Below, piece after piece: positions 38,075 to 46,816 of a DNA stretch of 64,000 nt. The stretch lies in IMG/VR virus record IMGVR_UViG_3300034198_023361; one strand, 5' to 3'. Positions within the stretch are counted from its first letter, which is position 1, and each line of letters begins with the position of its first letter. Under the pieces are notes generated by a model, which saw only the letters and a list, made by a program, of their open reading frames with translations, was not told the DNA's origin and did not search any database. The DNA is from an uncultured virus (IMG/VR IMGVR_UViG_3300034198_023361). Its lineage: Duplodnaviria; Heunggongvirae; Uroviricota; Caudoviricetes. The position numbers and the translations under genes are program-made.

Positions 38075-38923
38075 ATGAACGTGCAAGAACTATTTGCCCG
38101 CCTACTACGATTCGTGATTATTCTCTTGGCTGTATCGCGTGCCGCGATGGCCGGCACGATCGACCCCAGCACTCCCGACGACAAGTACGTCGAATTTGGC
38201 AAGCAATTTCCGTTTGTAGTCCGAATTACCAATAACGTCGACTGCAAGAAGTGCGAAAAGAACCACGAACAACTGGCATCAGCGGTCATTATTAGACCGC
38301 ACTGGGCGTTGACCGCGGCGCATGTTATTAACGGCTCCAAAGACGACGTGATTTATGTTGGCGAGAAGAAACACCACGTGGCCTACAAGGTGCAGCACAA
38401 GGACTACAACGAAAACAAAGTTGGCCTGCACGACATTGCGCTCTGTTATGTTGACGATGATTTCAAGCTGAACTTCTACGTGCCGCTGTACACAAAAGCA
38501 GATGAACTTGGGCAGGCTGTCACCATCGCGGGCTGGGGTTCAACTGGAAACTTTACAACGGGCGCCACCAAATCAGACAACCAACGCCGCGCCGGACAGA
38601 ATAAGCTTTCGGCGGCGTTTCTCTCGGTGGTCGCCTGCGCCCCCCGCAAAGACGGCCGGTTTCCGCTAGAGTTCATGATTGCCCCCGGTGATTCTGGCGG
38701 CGGAATGTTTATCGGCAACGAATTAGCCGGAATTAATTCGTTTCTGGCCCACGACGACGGTAAACCGGACGGCACGTATGGCGACGACAGTGCTTTTACC
38801 CGTGTGAGTATGTACCGGGATTGGGTAGAATCGCAGATCAAGCAGCACGAGCTAGCGCTTGCCGCGCAGGCTACCACGGGTCCAGAGCCGGCGACCCATT
38901 TAGATATAAATGAGTCAAAATAG
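38075..38923 (+). CDS. Secreted trypsin-like serine protease
   Basis: Signal peptide; LTAAHV, HDIAL, PGDSGGG. Confidence 0.92.
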   Translation: MNVQELFARLLRFVIILLAVSRAAMAGTIDPSTPDDKYVEFGKQFPFVVRITNNVDCKKCEKNHEQLASAVIIRPHWALTAAHVINGSKDDVIYVGEKKHHVAYKVQHKDYNENKVGLHDIALCYVDDDFKLNFYVPLYTKADELGQAVTIAGWGSTGNFTTGATKSDNQRRAGQNKLSAAFLSVVACAPRKDGRFPLEFMIAPGDSGGGMFIGNELAGINSFLAHDDGKPDGTYGDDSAFTRVSMYRDWVESQIKQHELALAAQATTGPEPATHLDINESK

Positions 38924-38935
38924 GTCACGTGGTTC

Positions 38936-41491
38936 ATGAACAGCATTCTCGACGACGACATTGCGCCGAAGACATCCGCGCTTCCGGCTGGCCTGTGGCA
39001 TAAAGTCGCAGAACTACTTCCCGAAATCCAGCTGCAAGAGCATCAGCAGCGGATTGCCGACCGTATTGCCGGCCCAGATCCCAGACTGCTTGTGTATCAC
39101 GGGCTGGGTTCCGGGAAATCACTCTCGTCTCTGGCTGCTGCTGAAGCGGCCAAAGAGCAAGACAACGAAGACTATGGCGTGGTGGTTCCGGCGAGCTTGC
39201 GCGGTAACTTCGATAAAGAGATCAAAAAGTTCACGCGGAATTCTAACCCCGAGATCATGAGCTACACGGGATTAGCTTTGGGCAAGAAGTTCCAAACGCC
39301 GCCCAAAACGCTCATCATGGACGAGGCGCATAGGCTGCGTAATCCGGGGAGCGCGAGTTCTGCTGGCGCCGCGGAAGCTGCTGCTCAAGCCAAACGCCTG
39401 CTGCTGCTCACAGGCTCGCCGATCACAAATTCGCCCACGGACTTGGCGAACTTGTTGTCGATGCTGAACAACAAATCGATCACGCCCGAGGAATTCGAGA
39501 AGCGCTACATCGACTATAAGACTGTGCGACCGGGCTTATTTGGCTGGCTGCGCGGCGTGAAGCCCGGTGTGAAACCCGTGGTGAAGAATGAGAAAGAATT
39601 GCGAAGCTTGCTACAGGGCAAGGTGGATTACCAGCCGAGCAAGACTCCTGAAGGCGTGAATGTTAACGAAGAAACCGTGCGTGTGCCCCTGTCTCCCGCG
39701 CAGGACAAGATTCAAAAAGCTATTCGCACGAAGATTCCGCCGGGGTTCTTATGGAAGTTGGACCAAGAGTTCCCGCTATCCAAAGACGAGCTGGCGAAGT
39801 TAAACAGCTTCCTCACTGGTTTACGTCAAGTAAGTCTCAGTACACAGCCTTTTCGCGCTGACAAAGATCCAGCCAAGGCGTTTCAGCAGAGCGCAAAGTT
39901 ACAGACGGCGTTTCAAAACCTGCAAAAGACGCTGGGCGAAGACAAACGCAAGAAAGCCATCATCTATTCCAACTTTATTGACTCTGGCTTGGCCCCCTAC
40001 GCTGCTGGCCTAGAGAAAGCCAAGATCCCGCATGCGTTTTTCCACGGCGGCGTTAGCACAAAGGCGCGCCAAGCTGCCGTGGACGCATACAACACCGGCA
40101 AGCTCCGGGCGTTACTCATCGGCCCGGCTGGCGCTGAAGGCTTGTCCACCAAGGGTACGAGTCTCATCCAGCTTCTAGACCCGCACTGGCATGAGTCGCG
40201 CAGCCAGCAAGCTCGCGGTCGTGGTCTGCGCTTTGACTCGCACAGAGACTTACCGGAAGAACTCAAGAACGTTCAAGTCCAAAGATATCTAAGCGCCAGC
40301 CAAGATCCGAGCATCATCGGCAAGCTCATGGGATATCAGCGCGAGCGTACTGGCGACGAAGTACTTGAACACCTCACGGCCGAGAAAGAACAGCTCAACG
40401 AGATCTTCCGCAAGATTTTGCAAGACGAGGGCGACAAATATCGCAAGCAGAAAGTGGCGGAACAACGCACGTTCTACCATGGTTCGCCCAATGCTGATTT
40501 ACAAACATTGGCCGCTGGCAGTTATGTTACGCCAGACTTAGACACGGCTAAACTTATGGGCCGGTTTCACGTCGACACAGGCAAGACGTGGTCTGACGAC
40601 GATTTAGTTGAAAAGCACAAATTTGGCACCCAACCCAAATGGAAACCGGGACGTGAACCTGCAGGTAATGCGGCAATCTACAAACTGCGTGCTGCCATCA
40701 AACAACTTGATCTGTTAGGCAACCCGTACGAGCATACGACGCTGGAAGAATTGCCGATGCAGAAGTACGTGCAAGACAAAATAGCGCAGGCACAACGCGG
40801 GGATGTTTTTCCGGTTTCCTGTCACAAACACGTCACCGAAGCGGAACCGGGTCAGGTGACGTGCGTTGTGTCTGCGCTTTTGAAACGAGCCGCCGCCGAG
40901 CTGCCTGATTTCCAACCTGATTTTACACCGGGCCAGTTACATCGCATGGGTGTGTACAAATCGCTCTATGAGAAAGAAGGCCCGCGGTTAGCTAGCTTGG
41001 GCGAATGGAAGCCAGAATGGGTGACAGAGCATGATCCCAAGGGCTGGCTGGAGTGGTACCAGAACTATAACTCAGGCCGCCGCATTCCCGACGAAGACAC
41101 GCGACAGATCAAGCGCTGGGCAAGCTTCAAAGCCAGACATGGCGGCCCGTTTATGTCTAATCCCACGCCAAGACGTGGCTGGGCGCTACAGCACTGGGCG
41201 ATTGACCCAGCAAAGCTAGTCTCGCGCACTCGGGCTGACAAAGTAAAAACCATGCTTCAAGCCTATCAGGAGCAAGAGTTACAAAAGTATCTCAAGCGGC
41301 GGCGCGGAGAATTAACAGAAGACAAAGAAGTGCAGGAAAAAGCGAGCGCCGTGTTTCAAACGCTCAAATTAACACCGCCCAATAAGCCGCTTTCAAAGAA
41401 GAAGCGCCGGCTGTTAAAATATCCAGACGCCAAGCCACAACCCAGCGCCAGCATTCTGGACGACGAAAATGCCGCCGATTCCAGTAAATAA
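38936..41491 (+). CDS. Polyprotein: SNF2-family helicase, ART-like domain and W-rich conserved domain
   Basis: HGLGSGKS, MDEAH, LTGSP, EGLS, QARGRGLR; FYHGS; DPKGWLEWY...RQIKRW. Confidence 0.85.
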   Translation: MNSILDDDIAPKTSALPAGLWHKVAELLPEIQLQEHQQRIADRIAGPDPRLLVYHGLGSGKSLSSLAAAEAAKEQDNEDYGVVVPASLRGNFDKEIKKFTRNSNPEIMSYTGLALGKKFQTPPKTLIMDEAHRLRNPGSASSAGAAEAAAQAKRLLLLTGSPITNSPTDLANLLSMLNNKSITPEEFEKRYIDYKTVRPGLFGWLRGVKPGVKPVVKNEKELRSLLQGKVDYQPSKTPEGVNVNEETVRVPLSPAQDKIQKAIRTKIPPGFLWKLDQEFPLSKDELAKLNSFLTGLRQVSLSTQPFRADKDPAKAFQQSAKLQTAFQNLQKTLGEDKRKKAIIYSNFIDSGLAPYAAGLEKAKIPHAFFHGGVSTKARQAAVDAYNTGKLRALLIGPAGAEGLSTKGTSLIQLLDPHWHESRSQQARGRGLRFDSHRDLPEELKNVQVQRYLSASQDPSIIGKLMGYQRERTGDEVLEHLTAEKEQLNEIFRKILQDEGDKYRKQKVAEQRTFYHGSPNADLQTLAAGSYVTPDLDTAKLMGRFHVDTGKTWSDDDLVEKHKFGTQPKWKPGREPAGNAAIYKLRAAIKQLDLLGNPYEHTTLEELPMQKYVQDKIAQAQRGDVFPVSCHKHVTEAEPGQVTCVVSALLKRAAAELPDFQPDFTPGQLHRMGVYKSLYEKEGPRLASLGEWKPEWVTEHDPKGWLEWYQNYNSGRRIPDEDTRQIKRWASFKARHGGPFMSNPTPRRGWALQHWAIDPAKLVSRTRADKVKTMLQAYQEQELQKYLKRRRGELTEDKEVQEKASAVFQTLKLTPPNKPLSKKKRRLLKYPDAKPQPSASILDDENAADSSK

Positions 41492-41594
41492 ACTAACTGA
41501 GTTAGCGCTGTCGCGGCGCAAGCTGTTTGAAAAGATCATGCAGCATGTGGCGTCGCGCAAGATTCAAAACCATATGCAAGCTACAGGTGATCGA

Positions 41595-43028
41595 ATGAGC
41601 GTGACGCCCCAGCAATTTGGTATGCAGGTTGGTAAGACCATGGGCAAACAGGCGTTTGTGACGCTGCCGATCACAGCCGGTGTCGGTGCTGGTCTGGGCG
41701 CGGTTACGTCGCCATCTGGGCACCGTATGGAAGGACTGGGCCGCGGCGCTGTCAAAGGCACTGGCACGGGTGCCGGCATGATTGGCGGCGGCATAGGCGG
41801 AGCGCTGGGGGCTCTTGCACTCGCAGCGGCAAGTCCTCGTATCGGCAAAACACTCTTTGGTCCGAGCGCGGCGCAATTAGCCGACGCACTCAAGCGGTTT
41901 GTACAGCGCGGCGGCCGGACGATGTCACGCGGCGGCAAGAAAGTCCCGATTCGTAGCCCGGGACAGCTTTCGCCATACTCTGACGCGTATCTGCGCAATG
42001 CGATTGTGCGCGGCGGTACAACAGGCGCTGTAGGCGGCGCTGGACTGGGCTATGCTGGCGCCAGCGCTGCTATTGGCAAGCCGTCGTGGGAAAATAAAGA
42101 AGCTGGCGCAGGCTCATCTATTCTGAAAAGCCTTCAAAAGGGTCTGGGCAAGGCGACAAAAACTTTAGCCAGTGATGACGTGTTTTATCCGGCTGTTGCC
42201 GGGACTGCTGGCGCCGGTGGTGCGCTGGCCGCGAGCGAAGCCTACCGATCGCTTAAAACACCGGCCGCAAAACCCGTGGCTCCTGTAAACAAAACTCTTC
42301 TCCTCAAACGAATTGTGGGCGGTCTTGATCGAGACGGATTATCGCCGTTTCAACAGATGACGGCGCCGCTGATGCGCGTGTTAACCGGCACGCCCGATGT
42401 GCCGCGTTACGGCGCGCAAAAACAATCGTCGCTGCTCTCTACGCTGGGCGGCGTGGCTGGCGGAGGCATCGGCGGGCTGGCTGGTGGCGCTGGTGGCGGG
42501 ATCATGGGCGCGCTCGCTGGTGGTGCGCTGGGTGGCGGCCCCGGAGCCGGTATCGGCCTGTTAGCGGGCGGCGCTGCTGGTTTGGGTGCCGGTGCGCATC
42601 TGGGTAGTAACATCGGCTCCAGTATCGGCAAGAAAAAGAAAAAGCCCGAAAGCGACGAAAAAGAAGAAAAGTCCGAAGAAAAGTCGGAAGACTCGGGCGA
42701 CGAAGAAGTTAAAAAAAGCGCCGCAGCTGTGCTAGCGCAGCTGCAGAAGAATGCTGTTGATCCGGCGGCTTATTCGCGTGTGTTTGGTAAAGGCAAGGGG
42801 CAGGAAATGGCAAATCGTCAGCAGGGTATGGCGCAACAGGCGCAACAGCTTCGCGCAGCAAATCCGGGCGCGACAACAATGAGCGGCACTTTTCAGCAGG
42901 GTAAATTAATGCCGCAACCCGCCCCGACTTCAGTTCCTGCGCCATCTGCGGCCGCGCCAACCGTTTCTGCAGCGCCACCGTATCCGAAGAAGTCTGTAAC
43001 ATCCGACGATGCCGCGGATTTTTTCTAG
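41595..43028 (+). CDS. Glycine-zipper polyprotein with QFG...KQA leader
   Basis: MSVTPQQFGMQVGKTMGKQAF; GxxxG tracts; track start is 41469 but RBS AGGTGA favours 41595. Confidence 0.75.
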   Translation: MSVTPQQFGMQVGKTMGKQAFVTLPITAGVGAGLGAVTSPSGHRMEGLGRGAVKGTGTGAGMIGGGIGGALGALALAAASPRIGKTLFGPSAAQLADALKRFVQRGGRTMSRGGKKVPIRSPGQLSPYSDAYLRNAIVRGGTTGAVGGAGLGYAGASAAIGKPSWENKEAGAGSSILKSLQKGLGKATKTLASDDVFYPAVAGTAGAGGALAASEAYRSLKTPAAKPVAPVNKTLLLKRIVGGLDRDGLSPFQQMTAPLMRVLTGTPDVPRYGAQKQSSLLSTLGGVAGGGIGGLAGGAGGGIMGALAGGALGGGPGAGIGLLAGGAAGLGAGAHLGSNIGSSIGKKKKKPESDEKEEKSEEKSEDSGDEEVKKSAAAVLAQLQKNAVDPAAYSRVFGKGKGQEMANRQQGMAQQAQQLRAANPGATTMSGTFQQGKLMPQPAPTSVPAPSAAAPTVSAAPPYPKKSVTSDDAADFF

Positions 43029-43120
43029 AATAAATCGCTGCCACCAAACTCCGCCAGCGTCGCAACAGACATACGGCAGAACCACGAACATGTTTGGACT
43101 AAAATAACATAGGAATTATC

Positions 43121-43522
43121 GTGAATCCATTTGAGTTTGGTCGGTTAATAAAACAAGCCCTCGATGCTTACCCCAATATTGATGACGAGGGGTTAGACCG
43201 AGAGGGAATTGAGGCCCGAATTCGGAATGCGCGTTTAAAGGCGAATCTTCCGGCTGGGCAGTATGTAAATGGTGTTCGGGTACAGACGCCTACGGGCCAG
43301 AATGTTCCGGTTCCGCAATCGCAACAGGCAGGGGTGACGGCAGCTCAAGCGCAAACCCAACGATTTAATTCATTGGGCGCTTCTCGCGGAGGTTTAGGGC
43401 GTGCTGGAATGTCGGCTGCGCCTCTCCCGCCTAAACCGCAAGTTCCCGCCCGACCTACAGCTCCTGCCCGCCCGCCCGCCCCGCCAAAAATCACAACTTT
43501 GGGCGAAAGCCCCGATCTCTGA
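43121..43522 (+). CDS. EFG-leader protein, Pro/Gln-rich
   Basis: MNPFEFGRLIKQAL; GTG start after AGGA. Confidence 0.7.
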   Translation: MNPFEFGRLIKQALDAYPNIDDEGLDREGIEARIRNARLKANLPAGQYVNGVRVQTPTGQNVPVPQSQQAGVTAAQAQTQRFNSLGASRGGLGRAGMSAAPLPPKPQVPARPTAPARPPAPPKITTLGESPDL

Positions 43523-43639
43523 AACTTCCGACGACGCTGCAGATTTTTTATGAGTCGCAAATAAACTGCGGCGCCAAACTCCGCCAGCTCAAGTATAATC
43601 ACCCTGTTGCGGCAAGGACGCCCTTCAGGAGGACTGAGC

Positions 43640-43993
43640 ATGGCGGCTCGTTTTAAGTATTACCAAGCCCTCCTGCGGATGCTCAAAGACGAGTGTCCCG
43701 CGGCTTTTCCCGTCAGTGCGCGGCGGGTAAAGCTATCTAAACTAGAGGGCCGCTGCTGGAAACAGGGCAAGAAGTTCCACATTCAGATTGACAAAAGTCT
43801 GGATGAATCTCGCGCTATGGACGTTTTGATCCATGAGTGGGCGCACGCACGGGCATGGAATCACCGACTGGATACCGCGGTGGACGACGCTGCGTTTAAC
43901 AAGCTCGCCCACGACGCTGCGTGGGGCGTGGCGTTTGCTGAGATCTATTCGCACTACGAGAAGAAGTTCACACACGCGTCTACTGTCATGTGA
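43640..43993 (+). CDS. Small zincin metallopeptidase-like protein
   Basis: VLIHEWAHA...HDAAWG (SprT-like); RBS AGGAGG. Confidence 0.75.
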   Translation: MAARFKYYQALLRMLKDECPAAFPVSARRVKLSKLEGRCWKQGKKFHIQIDKSLDESRAMDVLIHEWAHARAWNHRLDTAVDDAAFNKLAHDAAWGVAFAEIYSHYEKKFTHASTVM

Positions 43994-44003
43994 GGCAACA
44001 ACT

Positions 44004-44261
44004 ATGTGGCAGGATTTTCACTGGCCTACGGCGGGCATGATCTTCGTGACGTACGTAGTCATTGATATTCTGTATGCCATGTATGTAATTTGCGTCGGCA
44101 AGCGCCAACCAATTAACGCCGCGGTGGTAAGTTCTTTTTTGTATAGCTTGGGCGCGTATGGCGTGCTTTCGTATTCTAAGAATCCGCTGTATGTATTCCC
44201 GTTGGCGCTCGGTGCTTTTCTCGGGACGTATCTGGTTGTGAAGTACAACGAATGTGAGTAA
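44004..44261 (+). CDS. Three-TM membrane protein
   Basis: RBS GAGG; LGAFLGTY motif. Confidence 0.7.
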   Translation: MWQDFHWPTAGMIFVTYVVIDILYAMYVICVGKRQPINAAVVSSFLYSLGAYGVLSYSKNPLYVFPLALGAFLGTYLVVKYNECE

Positions 44262-44496
44262 GTATCCGCCGCTATCTCGCGAAATTCTTCTGGCGCAGCG
44301 CAGTTGTTGCGGCAAAAAATGCAAACACTGCCCGTATGACCCGCCGTATGCTCGCGGCAGTACGAAAGTCCGACCATGTTTACTTACTTGCGCGACTACT
44401 TCGTCAGCTGGCTGCCGCTCTGGTTGCGGCCTCGGTACATCCTTGAACAGCGGCAGCGAGCAGGCGAGTGGCGCAGAGTCAGGGCCGAGCATTTAA
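44254..44496 (+). CDS. Small Cys-rich protein (DUF5522-like N-terminus)
   Basis: LLAQRSCCGKKCKHCPY; 3' half overlaps the HNH gene. Confidence 0.55.
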   Translation: MSKYPPLSREILLAQRSCCGKKCKHCPYDPPYARGSTKVRPCLLTCATTSSAGCRSGCGLGTSLNSGSEQASGAESGPSI

Positions 44497-44750
44497 AAAA
44501 ACATCCCGCCTGCGAAGTGTGCGGGCGGACAAAAAACCTTGCCGTGCATCATATTTTTCCGGTCAGCATTGCGCCGGAGTTGGAATTGACTGAAAGCAAT
44601 CTTATGACGTTGTGTGAGTCGCCGTGTCACTTTATGTTTGGGCACTTTTTTAACTATCATTGCTATAACCGCAATGTGCGCAAAATGGCGGCGGCTTTTC
44701 GCAGAGAAATGCGTGCACAGCGTCGATGCCCAACCGCGCCACACCAATAA
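44376..44750 (+). CDS. HNH endonuclease
   Basis: WRRVRAEHL..HPACEVCG...VHHIFP...NLMTLC..CH. Confidence 0.85.
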   Translation: MFTYLRDYFVSWLPLWLRPRYILEQRQRAGEWRRVRAEHLKKHPACEVCGRTKNLAVHHIFPVSIAPELELTESNLMTLCESPCHFMFGHFFNYHCYNRNVRKMAAAFRREMRAQRRCPTAPHQ

Positions 44751-44765
44751 ACGGCGATTGCAGTC

Positions 44766-45305
44766 ATGCTCCCATCCGATGTTTACACACTCACGCTTAT
44801 TGACAAGTTTTTGTCGCCCGTTGAAGAACAAACATTGCTCGCGCACATCGAAGCGAACATTCCAACTGGGTACACCCGCCGGCACGCCCGTACGCGAAAC
44901 GTGATTCAGCGGTGGGGTTCGCCTGTTCCGTATCCGAATGATATTTTGTCGGACACGATTCCAGAACATTTTCAGTTTGTGCTGGACAGGCTTGTGGCGC
45001 AGAACCTTGTAGAACAGCGCCCGGACTCCATTACGCTGAATCAATATTTGAAAAAACAGGTGATCAAACCGCATGTGGATTTACCGGAAGGCGGTGCGGT
45101 AATCACGGTATTAAGCTTACTTACGCCTGCCACCATGGTGTTTACACTGCAGAAGCGTGCTTTTTCCGTGGAACTGCCGCCGCGAAGTCTTGTACAACTG
45201 CGCGACGAAATTCGCTACAATTGGAACCATGAAATACTCCCAGTTGCGGATACACGCTATTCGCTGGTATTTCGGTGCAGTCGGGAATGCGCGCCAAAAC
45301 AATAA
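44766..45305 (+). CDS. AlkB-family 2OG-Fe(II) dioxygenase
   Basis: LNQY, PHVD, LPPRSL, WNHEI, RYSLVFR. Confidence 0.88.
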   Translation: MLPSDVYTLTLIDKFLSPVEEQTLLAHIEANIPTGYTRRHARTRNVIQRWGSPVPYPNDILSDTIPEHFQFVLDRLVAQNLVEQRPDSITLNQYLKKQVIKPHVDLPEGGAVITVLSLLTPATMVFTLQKRAFSVELPPRSLVQLRDEIRYNWNHEILPVADTRYSLVFRCSRECAPKQ

Positions 45306-45331
45306 ATTGCTGTTCGCCGCTGGAGTTATCT

Positions 45332-46018
45332 ATGCGTCCATATGAATTTGGCTACAGTGTCGGGCTGGCAACAGAAAAGCGGGCGCAGAACGCCCTTGGT
45401 GACGCAGTACTTGGTACAGGGTCAGCAATGGGTCAAATCAACCCGTTAGGCGACCCAACGCAGCGCGGCATGATTGCTGACACGGCGCTGTACTCGAACC
45501 CGTTTACCGGCGTGCCCACAGCGATTAACGACGTCTCGCGTCACCTGTACAACGGCCGATTTATGGACGCTGGTATGTCTGGGTTGAGCGGCGCGCTGAG
45601 CTTCATTCCCGGCTGGGGCTTTGCTGCCAAGGGCGTTGGCCGCGCGATTGCTGGCGGCGGCAAACAGCTCGCCCGCGCCGGCTTTACGAATACTGGCAAA
45701 GCGCTCACTCGCGGTTCGCAGCAATTTCTAACCAAGGGCACGGCGGCTGTCAGTGGCGCGAATCGGGCTGCCAGCGGTGTCTTGCAGAAGGCGCTGCCGA
45801 CAATTCAAAATCCGGGCAGGGTTGGCAAGATGTACAACGCTGCCATTAAGAATCCGATGCAAACGGCTCCGTTGGCGTTACCGATTGCGGGCGCCGTGGG
45901 GAGTGCAGGTTTAGGCATGATGGGCGTTGGCGGCGGACAACCGGCACAACAGTTCCAGCCCAGCGGTCCCGGCATCTATGGTGGCGGTCAGGCCAACACA
46001 CCGCTGGCCAGCTTTTAA
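45332..46018 (+). CDS. EFG-leader Gly/Ala-rich protein
   Basis: MRPYEFGYSVGLATEKRAQ; RBS GGAG. Confidence 0.75.
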   Translation: MRPYEFGYSVGLATEKRAQNALGDAVLGTGSAMGQINPLGDPTQRGMIADTALYSNPFTGVPTAINDVSRHLYNGRFMDAGMSGLSGALSFIPGWGFAAKGVGRAIAGGGKQLARAGFTNTGKALTRGSQQFLTKGTAAVSGANRAASGVLQKALPTIQNPGRVGKMYNAAIKNPMQTAPLALPIAGAVGSAGLGMMGVGGGQPAQQFQPSGPGIYGGGQANTPLASF

Positions 46019-46036
46019 TATCGAGGAGCAGTAAAC

Positions 46037-46669
46037 ATGAACGCATATGAGTTTGGATACAACGTCGGCCAGCTAGAAAAACAGGGCGCCGGGTTTGAAA
46101 AGATTGTCGCGCGGCTTGCTAACGCGGCGTCTGGTATTGGCCGCGGCGCGCAGACGATCAATCGCGGCTCGCAAAGTATTGTTAAAGGTTTTGGCCGCGG
46201 TTTACAGGGCGCTGGCGAGATTATTGGTACAAAAGCCCGGCCCACGTTCAGTCCAAAAGACGGTACGAGCCTTGGCAACTCAACGGGTCTTGGCGGACTG
46301 CTGTTAGGCACGGGCCGCGGCATGCAGACGACCGGCAAGAGCATGATTAACAATATTGGCAGCGGCAGCACACGAACCACCCGAGATATCCGCGGCGTAC
46401 TTGGCCACGGCATGCGACTCGGCGGCTCGGGCTTGCGCGGCGCCGGTCATGCAGTGAACTTAGCCGGCGAAGGCTTGCAGGCTGTTGGTAAGGGCGTGCG
46501 CGCGGTAGGTGACGCGCCACTTGGCGTCCCGACACTTGCCGCTGCTGGTTTACTTGGCGGGACAGCTGCGGTAGCGCCTAAATTACCTCTACCTAGTGTG
46601 CGGTTTCAGTCGCCGCTCGACGTTGACTTCAGCTACAAGACGCGCAAACCGGTGGAGTTTGAGTGGTAA
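46037..46669 (+). CDS. EFG-leader Gly-rich amphipathic protein
   Basis: MNAYEFGYNVGQLEKQGAG; RBS GAGGAG. Confidence 0.8.
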   Translation: MNAYEFGYNVGQLEKQGAGFEKIVARLANAASGIGRGAQTINRGSQSIVKGFGRGLQGAGEIIGTKARPTFSPKDGTSLGNSTGLGGLLLGTGRGMQTTGKSMINNIGSGSTRTTRDIRGVLGHGMRLGGSGLRGAGHAVNLAGEGLQAVGKGVRAVGDAPLGVPTLAAAGLLGGTAAVAPKLPLPSVRFQSPLDVDFSYKTRKPVEFEW

Positions 46670-46816
46670 TGTGCCCGCAATGCGAAAGCCCCGGAATTGA
46701 AATTCGTGGCAAACTGGTGTGTCCATTTTGTCGCATTATTTTGGAAACATGTTGCGAAGGCGGCCGGTGTAATTACCCAGAGCCGCCACAGATAACAAAA
46801 CAGGAAGAGAACACTC

